Assembly: GCA_951406725.2 (NCBI GenBank) | Contig: OX597816.1 | Span: 69,254,001-69,318,000 of the forward strand | Origin: Octopus vulgaris | Taxonomy: Eukaryota | Direction: 5' to 3' | DNA: 64,000 nucleotides | Shown: positions 14,295 through 29,200 of the stretch, piece by piece | How positions within the stretch are numbered: the stretch's first letter is position 1 | Layout: the number at the start of each line of letters is the position of its first letter | Program-made: the position numbers and the translations under genes | The notes under the pieces: model-generated | Databases searched by the model: none | Seen by the model: the letters and a program-made list of their open reading frames with translations, nothing else | What the model was told of the DNA's origin: nothing

Positions 14295-14305
<11 letters not shown>
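13430..14305. mobile_element. Penelope-like fold-back element with U3-A8 hammerhead motif
   Basis: Inverted arms ~13530-13880 and ~13934-14305, spacer ~53 nt, extra ~100 nt on the left arm, (TA)n flanks. Confidence 0.8.
14065..14120 (+). ncRNA. Type-I hammerhead ribozyme, U3-A8 core variant
   Basis: attatg-TTGATAA-gga...tcca-GAAAC-GC-GTC-cataat. 6-bp stem I and palindromic ACGCGT stem III. The same core is present in the opposite arm. Confidence 0.7.
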
Positions 14306-14366
<61 letters not shown>

Positions 14367-17066
14367 CATATATATATATATGTGTGTGTGTGTATATATA
14401 TATATACACATGTATATAAATGAAACCCACACATGAACACACACACACGTACAAAGACACATGTGAGTGCGCATGTGCGTATATATATATGTGTGTACGT
14501 GTGTGTGTATACTCGCGCAGGTACCTCGCCTAGCTCAGTCACAAGGTAGGTTGAATTACTTTTTGTTAATTTTAAACGATTTATCTTGAAGCAAATTTTC
14601 CGTATAATTGCTTCAGTATGCAATTACCTTTGCATAGCATATCTTTCGTGAAGTAGACACGTGCATACGATTGAATTTTTTCAGGTTTTCTATGATATGT
14701 GAATGTTTCAACCTTTGTTTCTTGAAAATTTTCCCTTTTGTAATTTCAGAAAATACTTCATTGCCTTTTTCTTTTGTATATTTTATAATGCTATATTATT
14801 ATGCAACATTCAAAACAGAAAAAATTATAAGTGTCCTCTTTGCTCAACAAGAATTGTGGTCATTTTTTATTCTGGAATTGACAATGTTTATAGTAGTGCA
14901 CTTTGCTGCTTTTATAGAAATACCTTTATTTGGTCACACAATAAGTGAAAGGACGATTCGACTGTTGAGGCCCAGTATCACTGAGGAAATGTTTTTTGTG
15001 AAATGTTGTGGGTCATATAAAAAGACTTTCACTTGAAGTGTAGGTGCTTGAACTAAATTAGAATAACTAATGAACAGAGCAGAATGCATGGGAATAAATT
15101 GTTTGCCCTTTAGTACAATCAATTTTCATGATGTAGAAGGTACAATTTAGTGAACACAGCCACTGCTGCAAAATACTGCCAGGTCTCAAACAATATTTCT
15201 GTAATTCACTTTAAAATTTAGCTGTCATTTACAAATGAAGATAAGCGCTCCCGTGTGGTTCCTACGAAAACTGAATGCACCAGTACCAAGTAAAGGTGCA
15301 AGACAATGCTCCATGTGAAAGATACTACCAGTAAATGATGGCAACATTAATATCCTGCATATTGTAATATTAAGTGAGATAGAATGAAACCTTTCAGAAG
15401 CGACTCATTATTTTTATAATTCTGTCTGATATATTAAATGAAATTTTAAAACTTTTATGATACGTTGTTGATTGTTCCACGACTATATTTCTTTTGACAT
15501 CAGTTCTGTCAGTGCGGAATGTTGTCCAAGCATTGCCAAGAAACAAAATATGTATTTTGAAAGCTGAACGAATGAAAGAACTCCAATAAGCGCAAGAACG
15601 GTAGTTTTGTATCGTTTCCAAAAATATGTTCCTTTAAGACATGCTTCTAAGAAATTACAGAAGACGAAAGTGTGATATTAATATTATCTCTAGAATTATG
15701 TAAACTGCATTTGAGAATCTGAAATGCAAGCCTGCGAGACATTGTACAATTATAATTTCAGCTTCGCTGCCTTCTTAATTTATATTTCTCCATATCCCTT
15801 GTCAAATTTGCATGCGACATAAGTAGACAACTTAATGGAATGAGCGGCCCTGCAAAATGCGGGTAATATTGCAGCGGTTCCAGGTGATATTCACGGAATA
15901 TGAATCTTAAAATGTGAACGAATATTTTCCCCAAGAATATGTTGTGAAAAGGAATTTCCCTTATTACAATCATGGAAAAATTACTCCTACCGAGTTAGGT
16001 GTGACCAATTGCTTTTATCTTCTTATAAACGGTTTGTTTTATTTGAAAACAAAGGCAGTTAATCATGGTAGATGACCTTTTTTAGCTTTTGAAACGAATC
16101 GTAACTGATTGCCTTAAGAATCTCTCTGTTAAGAATTAATTCTGCAATTCGTACTGGAATCCGCCAGTCACACACATTAATATCCTGGAGAGCTTTGAGT
16201 AACAGAGTATTTTCAAAAATGTGCAGCGCTTGTGTTACCTTGCAATGATAATATCCGTTTTAGGGGATGTTTAACTGTTATTAAGTATAAGAATGCACAA
16301 TAGGCATGTTGTGGTGACTGTAGGATTTCCAAGGATTGGATTTACATGATGTATATACAATGACAGCAAACATGCTCGGCATCTTGTTTGAGAATAAAAC
16401 ACTCCACTTCATCTATATTACTACCTGATTCAGCATAAGCTTCCAAGAATCATTTTTCCTATTGTAAACTTCAAAATATGTTACACACACACATATCAAA
16501 AACTTCAAAAATTATCGGCGATCAAATAAATACCACAGAAGATAGAAAATAATACATTCTCTCTTTCTTTCAATTATAAGTTTATATTTCAAAAGTATTC
16601 ACATATGCACTGTGCATAAAGTGTTAAATTGTGTAAGATGCAAAACATATTCAAACATTATAAAACAAACGGCCCGAGTTATTGTGTTGAAAAAAAATCA
16701 GAATGCATGAGAAATATAGACAAATGTTAATGTGATGCAGTGCAACAAAACATTTTCTTCCTTCAATGATATTTGAAAACGTGTACAATCTTCTCAAATA
16801 TGCAACATTTAAATCTAGAAATAGAGATTGAGAACCAATAGAAATAAGAAAAGAGGGAGAAAAAGAGAGTTTCGTCTGGCATACTATCAAGAAATTTATA
16901 TTTCACAGAAGTACAAACGCACAAATATTGCCATACAACTTTCAGTGTATCAAATTTAATTTTTTCTAAACTTATCGCTCTTTTACCGCAAGGAAACCAC
17001 AGAATGGAGATTTATTTCATTTTTTGTATTAAACATATTCACACACACACACACACATACACACAC

Positions 17067-17118
<52 letters not shown>

Positions 17119-17877
17119 GCATGATACAGACACAAAAACAAGAGCACACACATACATATATGTATATGTGTGTCCATGTGTGTGTGTGTGTGTGCTATGA
17201 AAAAGGAGGTAATTAAAATTATGGATAATTATTATTAACGCTTCCGTCCCGTTCATGAGAACTCTTCAGATATGTTTTACAGAAAATCTCTTTGCTTTTT
17301 ATGCAGTCGAAAAGAGGATGTTTCACAAAACAAAATATAAAAGATGCTCTTTTTGTTTAGTATAAGGGTAAGAGGAAAGAAAGGGATGAAAACAGGGAAG
17401 ACAGAGAAACGTAGGTAGAAATAAATAAATAAAGAAAGAAAGAATATATTTGGGGATCATCTCTGATTTACAGGTGACTAATGCTTAATGACACTTAAAG
17501 ATGACATTTTTGTATTTTAAAGAGAGAAGGACAAGAAAGAAAGAGAAAGGGGAAAAACTAAAGAGAGAACGAAGGGAGCTTCTTTTCAATTTTATTGAAA
17601 CGTTGTGGTCAACTTGTTGAAGTTTAATTACAATTCGAGGTGTCAGCTTTGATTTAATAATTGTTTTGAAAGCGTCTCCTGTTTCTCTCTCCTTCTCTTA
17701 TAAACATACTAACATGTTTGTATGTATAGACATACATACACTCACACATTCACGCACACACTGCACCCAATATGCAACGAATATGTATGTGTGTGTGTGT
17801 ATGTGTGAAAGCGGCGAGCTGGTAGAAACATTAGGACGCCGGGCGAAATGCTGTAGTGTTTCGCTTTAAAACACAAT

Positions 17878-18410
17878 GCGCCGCACGTTAATTTTTTTCC
17901 CACGAGAGTTCCGGACCCCAGTTATAAACTTATTTGCATACAGCCAATCAGAGCTCAACTCCCAAACTGATGAGCACGTAACAAGTGATGGGCAATAAGA
18001 TGAGGTCACTTCGGTATGGAATGACCATGCTTCTTTTCTCTTTCAATAATGCTTCTTGTTCTTGATTTAACCATTGCTGCCTCTCCTTAGTTACTTATGT
18101 TGTTGTTTACTTTGTAAAACAGTAAGGGAAGAGGGTTGCTATCACATTGCCCTCTACCCACATTTTTCCCATCCACATCTTTACCATAGGGGGCCCCAAC
18201 AAAATCCGATAATAGGTAGAGATGCAAATTTAGCTAATTACTTGTCTCCTAAATTCAGGCATAACTTGGCGATCGGTCGACTTACAACACCGTTCGTCGT
18301 CTTGAGTTTACTTAATAGAGTTTGTTCAAGGTGAGCTCTGATTGGCTGTAGGCAAATGAGTTCATTACTGAGATCTGGAATTCTCGTGGGAAAAAAATTT
18401 AACGCGGCAC
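17878..18410. mobile_element. MITE / non-autonomous DNA transposon with ~80-bp TIRs
   Basis: ccgcacgttaatttttttcccacgagagttcc...cagccaatcagagctca is mirrored by tgagctctgattggctgta...ttctcgtgggaaaaaaatttaacgcgg. No coding capacity. Confidence 0.7.
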
Positions 18411-18649
18411 TCGGTCATGAAATCGAACACACGGTGTATCGATCATAAGTGGTCGACGCTAGGCAACTAGGTCAAATATCGCTATACACATCTACATACT
18501 GATAAATGAATATCTATGTTTGTGCACGCGAACGCGAGTGTGTTTATGCGTACGTACATTAAATTTATATTACGTAAACGTTTACTGCAATGGTAGTTCA
18601 GCTTCTAAAAGTTAAATGTTTAACTAGATATAGTGGAGCTATTCAATAG

Positions 18650-20674
18650 ATGTGAATACCTATTATATAAACAAATCAATGCTGATGGGTGTCTGCAGAA
18701 AAAAACATGTACTTAAGTTAATACTGGGAATGTGAACGGCTAAAATACAAAATGCTAGCTTGTAGATAAATATGTAATAGTTTCTTAACGACGGTTTCTT
18801 TAGAGATGGTGTTCTTTGTCTTGCCGAATAATTTGATTCTGCTTGTTATATAGTAAAGGAGGCAGAAATGGTTATCTGTAATGCAAAATAACGTATTATG
18901 CATGGACGCCTGGTTAAGAAACTCAGTTTTCAATTACGTAATTTGGGGTCCAGTACCAGAGCCGACTATTGCTTTGTGAGTGAATTGTGAGGCAGAAAAT
19001 GTGCGATAACCGGTCGAATACACACACACATGCATATATATATATATCTATATATATATATATATATATATACATTTTTATATATGCGTGTAGGTCCTTG
19101 TCTCCTTGTTTGTGTCTGCCCTGCATAACTTAACATTTATGCTGCTTTATTTATTCAATCATGATAAATCGGTTTGTCGGTTTGCAACAGAGATCGGTGC
19201 AATAAACGTGAGGACAAAAATGGACATATGTACTGGGATCGACTTGTTCGCCCGAAAACCTTCCAATAACTGAAATATTGAAATAAAAAAATTAAAGATA
19301 AGCTGCCCAAGTTTTCATATTTTCATTCCTTAAAATTTTATTACGCTGCTGCAAATATGCAATGCTAATTGAATTTCTTTAATTTTAATAGGAATGTAAA
19401 ACTTCCATAGATCTCTGTAGCAGTCTATACCTGACTTTCATAGATGTTGTATGCAGTAATTTCACCCGAATACTCATAGCAGACCGGACGGTCCTAAATG
19501 TGCCAAACAGTGAATTTGTAATGATAAACCGGTTAATGTATTCTTTCCTGTAAAAATTATGTGAAGCAGGAAGGCTTGAGCAGGAAGAGTCTTAAGGATA
19601 TCAGACAATATGTTTAGCCATATTTCTTAGGACTTTTCATTCTGAGTTCAAATCCCGCCGGAGACGGAACTTGTCCTTTCTCTTCTTGAGTTCCATAAAA
19701 TAAGTAGCAGTTGAGCATTGGGTGGGGGGCGATGCAATCGACTCACCCCTACCACCAAAATTCCAGGCCTTGTGCCAAATTAAAAAGAAATAATTATATC
19801 TGGATTAGGACCTTGTAATGTTTAAGTGTTTCGCAAATGTGACGCACTTCTGAATGAAACGTTCAATTTACTGCTTGTTACAGTAACCTAAAATATACAA
19901 AATACATCGATTGTGTACGACATTTTGTTGCTGTTCTTGTTGTCGTTCTACTGTTGATAAGATTAATGTTACAGTAATAGCTGAATCTAAGCCACCGTAA
20001 ATAATAAGCTCATTTAAACCTGTCTAATTAAACCATAAAAAGTATTTAATTAATGGAAGGAATATATATTTAAACAAAACGTCTAGTTCTCAATGGATTG
20101 CTTATTTTCGCTTCGAATTTGCCAAACGCAGTAACGTGATTTTCTTTTTAAATTTTCGACTTTTTTCATGCTTTTTCGGAGGTTTTTATACATGTTGACG
20201 AGAGAACATAGAGGGGGAAAAAGCAAGTAAACCATGATATTAAATGAAATAGCATACAGTTTCACTCACAGAATAATCTGTTCAAGTGGAAAGTGGGAAA
20301 TCTAATAAAGGATTTGTTATTAAAATATTTGAACCGTAACTTTTGTTTACAACTCAAGGGGATAATATATTTATCTTAAGGTTATTAAAATATAAATAGA
20401 TTATATATTTCTTTTACTTTTATTTTTGCTTATCACTTGCATATTTTTTATTTATATTTCTTTTATGGCTTTTATGTAATTATTTTTTGTGTATTCAACT
20501 TCCTTCTTTTTTATATCTCACTGCATTTTTTTCTTTGCTAATATACTGAAACACACACACACACACACACACATACACACACACTTACACATATGAATAC
20601 ACACCACAACATACAAGCAAAATCACATGTCTGTGTTATATATATCTAGGTATGAGTAATTCTATGTACGTGTC

Positions 20675-20713
<39 letters not shown>

Positions 20714-22540
20714 GTGTGTGTGTGTGTATAAAGTTTGTATGTGTGCGATTTATATATGTGTGCAAGTATACATGTGAACATACATATGTGTATATATTAA
20801 TTTATATAGGCATTTTCACAAGTACACACACGAATATATATTTATATACAGAGTGTGGCTGTGAGTTTATATTGACTAAAGAAAAATTAATAGAAAACTA
20901 AATGTTTTAGAAAAACAATTATAAAAAAATACATGCATGCTAACGAGAATGAAAATTAACCAAAGAAGGAACTACATACATCAGTTGGAGATTTATCTAA
21001 CAAGGAGCCCCGGCCTCACCATACTTCCTGCGAATATATTTAAGGAGAGTGCAATCAGTGTGTGTTTGAATTGCATGGTTGTCAAAGCTATTGAAAGGTG
21101 TTATTAACAGTGCTTAAATGACTCGTTATTACAACGGCATTAGATTCAGGTAATATTGGCAAGTACTGGTGTTTGGTTTGTGAAGATATTAGAAATTTTT
21201 GATTTCTTTGACTCTCTCCCTCCGTCTCCCTCTCTCTTTCTCTCTCTTTCATCCTCTCATCTTTTCCTATTTAACGTGCAGCTACATGTTAATGCAATAT
21301 AATATAATATGCCTGTCTCTATCTTCACAATTCAATATTTACTGGTAATGGAAATTCTATCCTCTCATTAACACCCTTAAATCATCTTACGCGGATGCTC
21401 TTAACTGCCTTATTAAATATCCTCCTGTACCATTTCTACACCTACCCTTAAGTTACTATATGTTTAAAAGTTAATAACTTACCATTTATGCCTTAATGAG
21501 CATATAAGAATTTCCCTCGCTTGGACATCGTGCTTACAGGATAAAAAGAAGAAAAAAGCAGTACGCATCTCCCACACACCTCCAGTTTTACGATAATCGG
21601 TATTCACCTTACGTCTGTTTGTGGGTATTAACTTATTGTTTATATTGAAAGACGTTTTTAAGTTCATTTTAATTTATACAGCCGCAACGATTCATTATTT
21701 CATATTGTGGTTCTTATTGGGCAGACTTATAATCAAAATAATTCATTACGGTACAACTATTATATTTTCAGGCATAGTCTATGCACCGTTACATTCCGCA
21801 ATGCCCCCATTTTTAAGATATTATAATGTAACGACTGATATTTTACCGTTAATTCGAGCGAGCAGAGGGATCACAATTGCAGATATTCGACGATGTCATA
21901 TAAACATTTTACCTCGGGGATAAGAATAATCTGATGTAATGTTTTATGCTTGGTTACCGTCACTCCTTATGGTTGTTATGCCAACTAGAATGAATTTATG
22001 GAACAACTATATAAGAATTATTTATAATTAAAGTTGGCATGTGGAGGAAATTATATGCCTCGCTGACGAGGCCTAATAACACCGGAAGAATACAGAAATT
22101 GCAAGTGTGCTTAAGAAAAGTAAGAATTAAGCAATATTCCTTCACAATCTAATATTTTAATCTCCTAATTACATTATTACATTCTACCAGAATGGGGTAG
22201 ATTTACAATTCTTATATAAGTGTATGAATAACTAGTTGAGACTGATTTTGAACTAGGTTTAAATCATGCGTTTTGTAGAGAAACATTGGTGTCTTTATGA
22301 AGATGTTTGGGATTATGTTTAACTCAGTTTTCTTGAACATTAATATAGTTACTTACGAGTTATATCTATGGAAAAGTGATTCATATTGTATGAAATTGTG
22401 AAGTTATGGTTTCAATACAACACAAAGCTAATAGGAATGGTACACTTTCTGTGAATGACAACGATGAGCAATTCTTTGAAATCACAACAGTAATGGAGAT
22501 AAGGAACAAGCGATCACTCTCCTACTTGATTCAATAAGAA
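18650..22540 (+). pseudogene. Decayed Toll-like receptor pseudogene 4
   Basis: LRRNT-like CNSFLTTVSLEMVFFVLPNNLILL ~18773-18845. LRRs: LNFFNFNRNVKL ~19370-19405, AHLNLSN*TIKSI ~20008-20046, QLEIYLTRSPGLTILPANIF 20981-21040, LKVNNLPFMP**AYKNFPRL ~21463-21523. TIR motif RFVEKHWCLYE 22269-22301. Confidence 0.7.
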
Positions 22541-22775
22541 TCAGTGTAGTGTAACATCAGCTGCTTACCGTTCATTAATATCCATCTATGTATGCAAGTA
22601 CTTCAACCTGTTCGTAGCTTCTTTTTTTTCATCTAGCAATTCCCATCAAATCATTGTGTTGTGAATTTTTCGCCCCTATTTTTTTTTTTTGGCTTCTCAG
22701 TTTTTCAAGGGTAATCATAAACAGAACACATGCACGGTCTCACACACAGCAAATAACGTGCGTATACATACATAC

Positions 22776-22844
<69 letters not shown>

Positions 22845-23744
22845 AAACAAAGATAAAATTTGTTGAGAAATTTATCATGACTAAAAGAAAAGGATATTTA
22901 CATTTTCATCGAACTCCGCTGCCAGTTACAGTCTTTTTTAGAATGATTTAGTCATGCTGCAAGAGAAGGAAAAATAAACTGAAATAAATCAAATTAATCT
23001 TTCCTGATATCAGTTCTGCAAGTTCACATGTTTTTCTTGTGAAATTCACATGCTGCTCGTAGTTGTTTTCCTTCTAACGTACATACATACACACGCGCAC
23101 ACGTACGTATGTATGTATACATAAAAACAAATTCATACATACATGTATTCATACATCCATACACATATATATATACATACATGCATACATATGCATACAT
23201 GCATATATATGCTTACATGCATACATATATATTTATACATATATATCAACTTTCACTATCATCTCACTCTACTACATCACATTCACAATCTTGGGGTCAA
23301 AATGATACTACAGTACAAACATTTGACAAACGCGTGTCAGCAGATTTCAACTCAATTTTAATCACGTCATTAAGTGGCATATTTCTTAATTTCATGATTA
23401 AGAACATTTTGAGTACGCGTATACGACATTAACTGCAAGCTTGATTTTCAAAGATACTGAAATATATGCGTATGCCTGTATATGTGAATGTGTGCAATAT
23501 TACATGACATGAAATTTTATTAAAAATATCGGTAATATTAATAATTCCTTTCATACAAGCACATGGTGAATATTAAATAAAGCATCAGAAACAATGCAAA
23601 AACGTTTCATTGCTGTTTGGACCTAGATCGGGCCAGCTCGATCAAACCTATAGTAAGACTGCATTCACGACAACCCAGTTTTTCATATATAAGTGTGTAT
23701 GTTACGCGAAGTTTCCTGTTTTGAAGAAGACTGTATATTTTGAC

Positions 23745-23980
23745 GCGTGGAAGGTGTTTGTAAGCCATTTAAGAAACACACAAAAGCCGTTCGATTCACT
23801 TCAACATCTAAGTTTAATTTGTCAAATTATTTTCGTCGCTAAAATCCGCGACCTGTTCACTAACAAAAATCCGTGCTGCACGGATTAAATGGCTTACAAA
23901 CACCTTCCACGCTGCAATTGTTTTCGTTCCAGCACACGATCTCAGATCAAGTCACTTGCTTTGCGAGTACATCTCTGTAT
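23745..23980. mobile_element. Short Penelope-like element with 28-bp inverted repeat and G3-C8 hammerhead-like motif
   Basis: IR at 23745-23772 / 23885-23912. Minus strand 23818-23868 reads tttgtta-GTGAACA-g-gtcgc(ggatttta)gcgac-GAAA-ataa-TT-tgacaaa. Confidence 0.6.
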
Positions 23981-24179
23981 ATTTTGATTTGTAAACATAA
24001 GGTAGCTATTTATGACACTTAGGGTTACAACACAGATATTGTCATCGGTTTATTATAGTTGCTTTTATATCTTCTATTGAATTGGTACTTAAGTCCGATA
24101 ACGTCTGAATGTATGCAAATTCACATCAGATCGTTGTTTGCAAGGGAACCGTTAGAAAAGATTATGGAATAAATATCTG

Positions 24180-24400
24180 TTTCTTTACTACCTAAAAGGA
24201 GTTAAACACAGAGGGGACAAACAAGGACAGGCAAACGGATTAAGTCGATTACATCGACCCCAGTGCGTAACTGGTACTTATTTAATCGACCCCGAAAGGA
24301 TGAAAGGCAAAATCGACCTCGGCGGAATTTGAACCCAGAACGTAATGGCAGACGAAATGCAGCTACGCATTTCGCCCGTCGTGCTAACGTTTCTGCCAGT
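24180..24400 (-). mobile_element. Nin-like SINE
   Basis: Reverse complement of the 11706-11940 family. Confidence 0.85.
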
Positions 24401-24719
24401 CCGAGTAAATATCATAAGTCATGCAAGCTCCTCATCACTCTCACTTTATCTGAGATTGCATACACAACGAAATGCTGTTGTGAAGGATAGAAAATCTAAC
24501 GTTTCGGAGAAAGTCCTTTGTTGAAGGAAAATTTGGAAGGAGAGAAATATATAAGAGATAGCAGATCCTTTCTTAAATTACAAGGAGCAAAACTCTCGTA
24601 TGTTTCTCACCCTTCAAATGTTTTGTCAAGGAGGATATTGACTTGAAATCTGGATCTTTCACTCATCATAACATGTTAGCTTTACTCATTTTAACGATTT
24701 TACTATTTTAACGTTTCTT

Positions 24720-24950
24720 ATTTCTTTACTACACAGAAGGGGCTAAATACACAGGGGACAAAGAAAGACAGACAAACAGATTAAGTCGATTATATCGACC
24801 CCAGTGCGTAACTTGTACTTAATTTATCGACCCCGAATGGATGAAAACCAAAATCGACCTCGGCGGAATTTGAACTCAGAACGTAACGGCAGACGAAATA
24901 CGGCTACGCATTTCGCCCGGCGTGCTAACGTTTTTGCCAGCTTACTGCCT
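24720..24950 (-). mobile_element. Nin-like SINE
   Basis: Reverse complement of the 11706-11940 family. Confidence 0.85.
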
Positions 24951-25737
24951 TCCAGATGTGGAATATATTGGAGTGGAATGGCAGCGAGACGTAATGTTAA
25001 AAATCATGCTGTAGAATACCTGAAACGAAAACGATTGGTTTTACAAAAGATTTATTATCAAAGATTGTGTTTTCTATTATTTTCTACCGATAATAATATT
25101 TTTGCATTCTTTTATTTTTTTATTAATGTGTATATGAATATTTATCTTCATTTGTATTCAATGTATTATTTAGAGCTTCATGCAGAATACATAATGAGAG
25201 ATAAAAGTGTTTTGAGCAAAAACTTATGTTAGATAAAGTTTTTTCTCAACTACATTTACATAGATTTCTTGGGGTATAAAGTTAAAATTATAATGCGCAT
25301 TTGCCTGTTATACAAAGCATGTTAAAAAATAACAGTTTTTCAAATTTATTTTATAATTGCTGTTCATATTTACTTTTATTTTCCATATAAATATATGATA
25401 GATTCTAAGAACTACTAAACAATGCATCGAAAACTTATTCGCATTTATCATGAAACAATACAATAAAAATGAGATATATAAAAATGAGGAACGAATATAT
25501 TCACTTGGTATAAAAATTGTTTATACTTATTACACAAGATGTATGGTATTTTATCGTTACTATGTTGGATTGCTACAACGCCGACTTTGGTATACAGTAT
25601 AATTAGTAAACTCAGTAAAGACACGACAGTCTCTGACCGTCAACTGCGTTCTTCGGTACTTCATGTATTTCTCTTGATATATATATATATACATATATAC
25701 ACCTACATATATATGATAAATAGCAACTAATATATAA

Positions 25738-25825
<88 letters not shown>

Positions 25826-25826
25826 T

Positions 25827-26272
<446 letters not shown>

Positions 26273-26273
<1 letters not shown>

Positions 26274-29200
26274 TCTGAACATCAGAGGACTGCAAACACT
26301 CAGTAACAGGACAAAGATCCCGTTCCTGAGAGACTTTGTTGCATGCAATCAAGCCTTATGCATAGCACTTACAGAAACGCACCTGAAACCGGACATAGCA
26401 GATGCGGAGTTACACATACCACAGTATGCTGTACTACGGACCGACAGGAAAGAAAGGAGTCATGGAGGTGTTGCTATGTACATCCGTGAGGACCTCACAC
26501 CCCAGGTCCTCTTGTCATACTCAAACTCGGTGTGTGACACACTAATTGTACATATTAGGCAACTTGATGTAGTTGTGTGTGCTACATATCGCCCTCCAGA
26601 TGCCCCAAGCCATGTGGGCAAGTTTGAAGACTGCCTTATAAAAATAGAAGAAATTCTAACCACATTAGAACAACACATAGGTGTGCTTCTTATGGGAGAC
26701 TTCAATCTGCCCAATGTCAGATGGCCCGAGGGCCTTTCTCTCCCAGGAATGACAAGATGTGAACGAGGACAGGCGAGGTCCCTCCTGAACCTCACAACAC
26801 CCTGTACATGGAGCAGGTAATACTCCAACCAACCAGGGCAGGTAACACACTGGATCTCTGCTTCACAAATGACATGGATCTCATCCATAATGTGAAAGTG
26901 ACACCGACACTACTCTCGGATCACAACATGATAGAGCTGACCATGTACGGGCCAAAAGAGAGCACGGACATGCAGCCTACAAGAAACCCTCAAAATCTTT
27001 CCAGCTTGAACTACCATAAGGCAAACTGGAAACAAATTGAGAAAGAGATCCTCAAACAAAACTGGCCTAAATGTCTCTCCTCGCCAGATATCGACGTGAA
27101 ACTTCAACAATTCATGTCTGTAATGCAAGCCATATGCTACAAATGTGTCCCAGAGAGAAAGGTCACTGTACACAAGAACAAAATCCCCAGAGAGAGGAAA
27201 ATTTTAATGAGACGGCGTACGAAATTTTCAAATCGCCTAAACAAACAGATTGAAAGCAGTGAAAAGTCCCGCCTAAAAATAAAACTGTTGGAAATCGAAA
27301 AATGTCTGCAACTCTCCCATGAAAAAGAAAGAGCAGACAAAGAAGCCTGGGCTATAGAAAACATAAAATCTAACCCCAGAGCTTTCTACAGGTATGCCAA
27401 AGAAACAGCTACGGTGCACTGTAGAATAGGGCCACTCCTCGAAAAGGATGGCACACTTACAGGAAAACCAATGAGGGTAAGTGAAATACTGAATGAGCAA
27501 TTCAAGAGTGTTTTCACTCCACCCCTTGGGCATCTCCAAATCACCAATCCAACTGACTTTTTTACCACTGCAGATATAAAATCAGAGGCGGCGACGATAG
27601 ATTACATCGATATAAAGGAAGACGATGTAACCAAGGCTATAGATGAAATGAAAACAGACTCAGCTACTGGCCCCGATGGATTCCCGGCAATCCTCCTAAA
27701 AGCATGTAAGAGAGTCCTAGCAAGACCACTGCAGTTCCTCTTTCAGAGCTTCCTTGCAGCTGGCAAACTTCCAGGAAAACTGAAGGAAGGTAAAATATGC
27801 CCCATTCATAAAGGAGGTAGCAGAGCGGAAGCCAAGAACTATAGACCTATCTCTCTGACCTCACACATCAGCAAGGTCATGGAACGAATAGTCAGAAGGA
27901 AGCTGATCACCTTCCTTGAAGAGAATGACTTGCTGCCCGACACCCAACATGGTTTCCGACCAGGGAGAAGCTGTTTAACTCAGCTCCTACAACACTATGA
28001 CTGGGTGCTGAAACGGCTGCTCAACCACTCAAATGTGGAAGTGATATATCTCGACTTTGCAAAGGCCTTTGATAAAGTCGATCATGGAATGATATGTCAC
28101 AAACTGCGTGATCTCAACATAGTTGGAAAACTGGGAGAATGGCTTCATGACTTTCTGAAGGATAGAAGTCAGGTGGTAGTAGCCAATGGGGCCACCTCCA
28201 TTAACACACAAATAGTGAGCGGTGTTCCGCAGGGCACTGTTCTGGGACCACTACTGTTCATAATGGCCCTCTCAGACATGCCCTCAGCCACGCAGAGAGC
28301 TACGATCACAAGTTATGCAGATGATACAAAAGTTTCACAGGCAATACAGAACCCTGAGGACACTAAACACCTGCAATGTGAGCTGGACGAAATATACAAG
28401 TGGGCTGAAAAGAATAGCATGCAGTTCAATGCTGGAAAGTTTCAAGCTTTATACTATCAGCATGCAAAACTGAATGCAATACCCAATGAATACACTGGAC
28501 CCGGAGGGATTGCAATCCCAGAGGCACAATCAGTGCGTGACCTGGGTATTCACATGAGTGATGACGCGACCTTTCATGTACATGTTGCTAAACTGACAAT
28601 GAAATGTAGACGGCTGGCTGGATGGATTCTTAGAACCTTTAGAACAAGAGAATAAGAAACCATGATGGTCCTCTGGAAGACACTTGTCCTAAGCCACTTT
28701 GACTATTGCTCTCAGCTATGGTCACCATCCAGTGTCAAGTTGATCACAGAACTTGAGGCGATCCAACGAAGCTACACAAAGAAGATAGCCTCTATGCAGA
28801 ATGTAAGCTACTGGGAAAGACTCAAGAGATTAAAATTATATTCCCTGGAGCGTAGGCGGGAAAGATATGCCATAATATACATCTGGAAGATCCTGGAGGG
28901 AAGTGTCCTGAACTTTGGCATCGAGAGTTACGCAAATGCCAGAACTGGGCGCCACTGCGTGGTGCCTAGGACTCCAAACCTGCCATCAAGATGTAGGACA
29001 AGATTCTGTGATAGCCTGGGCTTCCGAGGCCCACAGCTCTTCAATATCCTCCCGAAGAACCTGAGAGACCTGCATGGGGTGGATACAGATGTCTTTAAAA
29101 TGAAGCTGGATCTCTTCCTGTCAGGTGTCCCAGATGAACCAACTTCACGGCAGGAGGGGCAGATGAGGGCAGCTGCATCGAACTCTCTCATGCACCAAAT

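Larger units (their letters stand above)
11240..16557 (-). pseudogene. Decayed Toll-like receptor pseudogene 3
   Basis: Signal-like MYYFLSSVVFI ~16557. LRRs: IAELILNREILKAISYDSFQKLKKV ~16070-16150, HFAGPLIPLSCLLMSHANLT (ORF 15758-15973), IRKICFKINRL ~14570-14605. LRRCT-like TDNFSCVH ~13130-13160. TM in ORF 12143-12388. TIR-like pieces 11300-11600. Confidence 0.6.
22860..25370 (-). pseudogene. Decayed Toll-like receptor pseudogene 5
   Basis: LRRNT-like NFNFIPQEIYVNVVEKKLYL ~25230-25290. LRR AYIQTLSDLSTNSIEDIKATII ~24055-24120. TM-like AYISVSLKIKLAVNVVYAY ~23410-23470. TIR-like LEGKQLRAACEFH ~23040-23080. Confidence 0.55.

Noticed and set aside
15240-16420. Adhesion-GPCR reading (GPS-like HVCCHC; TM3-like HLLVVSFTWSIVLHLYLVLV)
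   Set aside because: The intervening and flanking sequence gives repeated LRR motifs and no series of seven TM segments. The LRR/TLR model fits better.
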